Below, one piece after another: positions 58,854-64,000 of a stretch of DNA of 64,000 bases; positions within the stretch are counted from its first letter, which is position 1; each line of letters starts with the position of its first letter. The notes below the pieces were generated by a model. That model did no database searches, was not told the DNA's origin, and worked only from the letters and a program-made list of their open reading frames with translations. The stretch is from Marsupella aquatica. Lineage: Eukaryota > Plantae > Marchantiophyta. A program made the translations under genes and the position numbers. The DNA lies in the NCBI GenBank assembly GCA_973895155.1, contig OZ316891.1, forward strand, positions 22,773,884 through 22,837,883. Reading direction: 5' to 3'.

Positions 58854-61800
58854 GTGCAACTATACAAGAAGAGCACTGCACAAAATGAACCTGAGACGTA
58901 TGGGACCTTTTTAGAATCTACGGAGATCATACCATCTATACATATGGTCACATTAAACACCACATCTGATTCTAATATAAAAGACAATTCTTCTCACTGC
59001 ATAGTAGATAGTGGTACATCACATTCCATTTTCAAGCACAAAGAATACTTCAAGCAAATTACACCATCACAAAGAAAACTTACAACGATTATGGGCCAGC
59101 ATCAATTGGAAGAGGGATTTGGACCAGCATTGGTCACCCTACCCCGTGGGACGATAATTCATGTGGAGTCAGCGATATACGCCCCAAAGGCAACCAGAAA
59201 CTTGCTAAGCTTTGGGGATATCCATGCTAACAAGTTATATATTAAAACTGGCACTCAACAAGGACGGGAAGTCTTGTACACCACCTCGGGGGAACCAATA
59301 AATACCAAGATCAGAGAGATCCTGAGAGCATCACCCCCCGGTTGCTACACTACTGAAATCCACAGTTTCTATACTGGGACACTCCAAGGCACACTTACCG
59401 AGATCTGGCACAGGAGACTGGGCCACCCGGGAACAACAATGTTCCAGAAACTTATCAGAGAAACTCACGGCATACCGGACACTGTCCACCCTACGTCCAT
59501 AAAAGCCCCTTGTTTAGCCTGCTCACAGGGCAAGCTCATAATCCGTCCCTCACCACCTACAACTGAGCGCCAAATTCCCCACTTCCTGGAGCGCATACAC
59601 GCCGATGTATGTGGGCCGATCGACCCCCCCAACGGCCCATTCCGATTTTTCCTGGCGGTCATAGACGCATCAACCAAATGGAGTCAAATATCTTTATTAT
59701 CTACAAGAAACCTGGTATTTTCCCGACTCTTAGCGCACATACTAAAACTGAGAGCACAATTTCCCGAACACCAGATCAAAACACTCAGAGTGGACAATGC
59801 CGGAGAATTTACCTCCAAAACATTTGAAGATTACTGCCAGGCGACTGGCATAGATGTACAGTACCCAGTGCCCCATGTTCATTTTCAGAATGGCATAGCT
59901 GAATCCCTGATCAAACGATTACAGATGATTGCTCGGCCCCTCCTAATGCAGTCGAACCTACCAACAGCTGCCTGGGGCCATGCCATCCTCCACTCTGCTG
60001 CACTGCTCAGCTACAGACCATCATCCTTTAACTCCTCTACCCCACATCATTTAGCACTAGGGACCATACCAAATGTCTCTCACCTGAGAATATTCGGCTG
60101 TAAGGTAATGGTTCCCACCCTCGGACCTATGAGAACAAAGATGGGCCCCCAGAGACACCCAAGGATATACATAGGTTTTGACTCAGCCTCCATTATCAAA
60201 TATATGGAACCTACAACCTCTGATGTCTTCAAAGCACGCTTTGTAGATTGCCACTTTTATGAAGATATATTCCCAAGCCTACATACGAAGCATCACGACA
60301 CAGAGAAAAACTCCCAACTGACTTGGCAAATTGACGCAGGATTCTGGAACGACCCCAGGGACAGTCACGCGGACACTGAAGTACAACGAACTTTACACTT
60401 AGCAAGGATGGTAGAACATCTACCAGACTCCTTCACAGATGCCGCCCAGGTGACACGCTCTCATATCCCAGCAGCAAATGCACCATCCAGAATCCAAATG
60501 GATACCACACCAGCAACAACAACAGCCCCAAAAGCAAAGAGAGGCCGCCCATTGGGAGCTGTCGACAGACAACCACGACAACGTAGAGCTGCCCCAACAC
60601 CTGTACCCAGTACATCCACCAGGGACCCAACTCCCAGTCAATCCAATGTACCAGAAGACAATGCCGAGATCTCAATCAACTACGGAAGAACTGGGCATGT
60701 ATGGGACAGAGAGCACACTACTATAGACAAACAATTTGCATTTCATATAGCACAGCAGATCGACGACGAACAGCCGGACCCCCGCACAATCAAAGAAGCT
60801 GAGGCCCAACCTGACTGGCCTGAATGGGAACAGGCCATTCACTTAGAACTGGACTCCCTCATAGCTCGCCAAGTATTCGGACCGATCACAATAGCTGAAC
60901 CTGAAGCCCATCTCACTAGCTATAAATGGACATTAGTCAAGAAAAGAAATGCGAAAGGTGATGTGACACGGCATAAGGCCAGACTGGTGGCCAGAGGATT
61001 CACTCAAGTCCCTGGCAGGGACTATGACCTAACATACTCCCCGGTAATGGATGTCATTACCTACAGATACCTCATTACATTTTCACAACGCCATGCACCA
61101 AATGGACATTGTAACAGCATATTTATACGGCCATTTAGACAAAGTTATATACATGGAGGCCCCCTAGCATTGGTGAAACGAGTCGCATACCACAGCAAAG
61201 GGAAACAACTCCATACTGCAGCAACTCAAAATCAGCCGGAAACATTCGAACATACAAATTCAGCAATACTCCACAAGACTGTAGCCAAGATAGCCCTTAA
61301 AGCTCCTACACCGAATCAGAGGGACACCACCCGGAGAACTAGATTCGCAGTACAGGTGCTAAGATCGCTGTATGGCCTTAAGCAAAGCGGCCTGACATGG
61401 TACAAACGATTTAAGGCCGAGATGCAAGCTATGGGATTTCAGAATGCTGATATAGCACCCTGCTTATTTCTGAAGCGGGAGAACAAAGAATTCATTATTG
61501 TAGCCATCTATGTGGACGATCTGAACCTGTTCGGAACTAAAAAGATTCTGACTGAAACTATTACATTACTGAAAAAGGCCTTTGAAATGCGCGACCTTGG
61601 TCAAACTTCTTTCTGCCTAGGCCTGCAATTTGAGCACCTGCACAATGGCATTCTACTGCATCAGTCCACATACCTCAAAAAGATACTAAGGCAATTTAAC
61701 ATGGACAAAGCCACTGCAGTCAGATCTCCCATGGACATTCGCTCACTTGACAAAGAAAAGGATCTCTTCCGGAAGAGGAGCGAAACAGAGCCACTACTTG

Positions 61801-62507
61801 GCCCAGAAAAGCCATACCTATCTGCTATAGGTGTCTTGATGTTCCTTTCGAACCAGACAAGGCCCGACATAGCCTTTGCAGTAAATTTACTGGCACGCCA
61901 CAGTGCCAAGCCAACTATTAGGCATTGGAACGGCATAAAGCGCATTTTCCGCTACCTAGCTGGTACCATGGATCTGGGACTATTCTACCCATCAAATACT
62001 AATTATTTGCTCACTGGGTATGCTGATGCAGGTTACCTTTCAGACCCTGAGGACGCCAAGTCCCAGACAGGGTACGTTTTCCTGATGGGCGAGACAGCCA
62101 TTTCATGGCGAAGCTGCAAGCAAACACTAACCACGACATCATCAAACCATTCAGAGATCATAGCTCTCTATGAGTCAAGCAGGGAGTGTATCTGGCTACG
62201 CAACGTTATCAATCACATTCATGAGAATACCGGCATACCTACACTGTCAACACCGACAGAAATCCATGAAGATAACCGAGCCTGCGTTGAACAAATTCAA
62301 GCAGGCTTTATCAAGGGAGATCGCACCAAACACATCGCTCCTAAGTTCTTCTTTACGCATGAACAGCAAGGCAGTAGTATTCAAGTCAAATGGATACAAA
62401 GCTCAAAGAACATTGCCGATATGTTTACTAAATCCCTACCTCCTGCATTACATAAGCAACATGCCATTTCAGTAGGTCTACGGACCTTAACTGAACTACA
62501 AAATTAA
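58854..62507 (+). CDS. Copia pol (PR-IN-RT-RH); open but with a locally frameshifted RT segment
   Basis: VDSGTSH, WHRRLGH, CLAC, RVDNAGEF, KARLVARGF, SLYGLKQSG, YVDDL, GYADA, HIAPKFF, NIADMFTK. Confidence 0.92.
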   Translation: MQLYKKSTAQNEPETYGTFLESTEIIPSIHMVTLNTTSDSNIKDNSSHCIVDSGTSHSIFKHKEYFKQITPSQRKLTTIMGQHQLEEGFGPALVTLPRGTIIHVESAIYAPKATRNLLSFGDIHANKLYIKTGTQQGREVLYTTSGEPINTKIREILRASPPGCYTTEIHSFYTGTLQGTLTEIWHRRLGHPGTTMFQKLIRETHGIPDTVHPTSIKAPCLACSQGKLIIRPSPPTTERQIPHFLERIHADVCGPIDPPNGPFRFFLAVIDASTKWSQISLLSTRNLVFSRLLAHILKLRAQFPEHQIKTLRVDNAGEFTSKTFEDYCQATGIDVQYPVPHVHFQNGIAESLIKRLQMIARPLLMQSNLPTAAWGHAILHSAALLSYRPSSFNSSTPHHLALGTIPNVSHLRIFGCKVMVPTLGPMRTKMGPQRHPRIYIGFDSASIIKYMEPTTSDVFKARFVDCHFYEDIFPSLHTKHHDTEKNSQLTWQIDAGFWNDPRDSHADTEVQRTLHLARMVEHLPDSFTDAAQVTRSHIPAANAPSRIQMDTTPATTTAPKAKRGRPLGAVDRQPRQRRAAPTPVPSTSTRDPTPSQSNVPEDNAEISINYGRTGHVWDREHTTIDKQFAFHIAQQIDDEQPDPRTIKEAEAQPDWPEWEQAIHLELDSLIARQVFGPITIAEPEAHLTSYKWTLVKKRNAKGDVTRHKARLVARGFTQVPGRDYDLTYSPVMDVITYRYLITFSQRHAPNGHCNSIFIRPFRQSYIHGGPLALVKRVAYHSKGKQLHTAATQNQPETFEHTNSAILHKTVAKIALKAPTPNQRDTTRRTRFAVQVLRSLYGLKQSGLTWYKRFKAEMQAMGFQNADIAPCLFLKRENKEFIIVAIYVDDLNLFGTKKILTETITLLKKAFEMRDLGQTSFCLGLQFEHLHNGILLHQSTYLKKILRQFNMDKATAVRSPMDIRSLDKEKDLFRKRSETEPLLGPEKPYLSAIGVLMFLSNQTRPDIAFAVNLLARHSAKPTIRHWNGIKRIFRYLAGTMDLGLFYPSNTNYLLTGYADAGYLSDPEDAKSQTGYVFLMGETAISWRSCKQTLTTTSSNHSEIIALYESSRECIWLRNVINHIHENTGIPTLSTPTEIHEDNRACVEQIQAGFIKGDRTKHIAPKFFFTHEQQGSSIQVKWIQSSKNIADMFTKSLPPALHKQHAISVGLRTLTELQN

Positions 62508-64000
62508 ACACACTTATACTTACAGTGGCTGCGCTCATTTTGCTCAGGGGGAGACCTCGATCCGTAGACTACACCGCGAAGCTCGGACCAACTCACCTCA
62601 GTCGAACAGATCTCGAACAAAGATCACAACAAACATCTACAAGAAACGGCAGCTGCGCCAACATGACGAAATGAATGACTATAAGAGAGCCACAAAAGTG
62701 AATGACCCAGGGGGAGCAATGCGCAACCTCGCCTGTAAAGCAGCCGGGAACAAATCTTACCGGCCACAGTTCGCCACATCCGCTCCCCGACACTCCCATC
62801 GCACACAAGCAAACTGAACAAAGAAGAATCGCCCGACCTCAGAAAGAACGACCACCAACAATGCAGCTGCAGACACCTCCCACCAAAAATCACCGACCTT
62901 GTGATGAACACGCCTAGGCCCAGCATCACTTCTTCAGGAAGAAAGTTGAATCCATTGCCCCTCGACATCTAACAGACGACCAGGACCACAACGCGCGTCA
63001 ACCATCTAACGTGAAGAAACCGAGCAGCGCACATCGATCATCTCAGACACGAGTCCGCCCTCCACCCAACCAAAGCACATTCAAGATCTTCGAAGCAACA
63101 GAATGCCGAAACTACAAAAAAGACACTTCCGCGATGTGCATTCCTTCGAGACGACCCTCACACTGTAGCAGACAACACCAAAAGCTCGCTACTGCAACCA
63201 CCAAAAATCGCCACGCAAATTCTCTCACTTTCGAAACTCATACGAGACATTTAGGTCTTTACTAGTTCCAACAACGTTACATAGCATATGACACCCTTAC
63301 ACAATTTTAACTCTAATAACTCGATTACTCATAACTTAACCATGATTCTAAGGTTTTTAGGGATGGAATGGTAACACTCTTTCCCCCCAGCAAGAAAGGA
63401 GGGGGGGTTTTAATGAGGTTACATTCCCCCCCCAAACCACAAACCTCAGAATACACATTTCACATTTAGAGTAGGCTAGAGGTGGATGCAACATTCCTCC
63501 CCGGGTCATGTTACACCCAAGGGGGAGTATTGTAACCCGAGTTAACCAGACCATACATGAGGTTAACTAGGTTTACGCCTACTCAGGTTAGACCACATTA
63601 ACTGTCTAACCGCCTGGCTATTCGATAGCCTATATGTAAGGATATGGAAGGGAATGATGGATCAGTTGTTCTATACCTTACAACAATTTTAAAGTATAGA
63701 TAGATTTCATGCTTGATTTAGCTTTATGAGTGAACAACTTTAGCAATCACACTTATTCAACCAGGGATAAAGAGAGAAACAAACCTCTATTTCAAGCTTA
63801 GATGATAGCTTGGGGTTGTTTCTTAGTGATGCCAAAATTTGTCTACAAACTCACACAAAATTGCTTATGTCAATTGAATGGACAAAATATCAAGTCACTT
63901 CACAAATAAACACAAATTCTAGTCATAAAAAGCATGCACTGATATAAACATTTACCTTGATGGTAGTCGCCATGAGAAATCTTAAAAAAAAATCTTGTAT

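Larger units (their letters stand above)
57418..63685 (+). mobile_element. Full-length Ty1/Copia retrotransposon, Bianca-like
   Basis: 158-bp LTRs at 57418-57575 and 63528-63685 with 3 differences seen. TSD ATTTT. PBS CGTTATCAGCACG. PPT AAGGGGGAG. Confidence 0.95.

Overview
Eukaryotic, land-plant-like DNA (probably a bryophyte; inferred from gene and TE content). About 45 kb of nested, mostly decayed transposons is followed by two host genes (a 5-exon phosphoglycerate-mutase-like gene and an intronless 523-aa secreted protein with a permuted NlpC/P60 signature) and a Bianca-type Copia element with both LTRs and a TSD. The main result is that three unrelated transposon types here each carry a chromatin or DNA-modifying enzyme. 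(1) A Ty3/Gypsy pol with a C5-cytosine DNA methyltransferase in frame upstream of RT (3-5890; visible only after removing two TSD-bounded insertions). (2) Two divergent CACTA elements with a SET-domain exon spliced to the transposase Zn-binding first exon; in the complete element it lies inside a transposase intron. (3) A 12.9-kb TIR element (16498-29407, 4-bp TSD, Sola1/DUF7869-like transposase) carrying a spliced ParB-like + beta-class N6A/N4C DNA methyltransferase + Ulp1 protease gene, an F-box-like ORF and about 25 copies of a palindrome (GGGATAC-N3-GTATCCC core). All domain calls come from reading motifs by eye. No searches were run, and most cargo copies carry stops or frameshifts.
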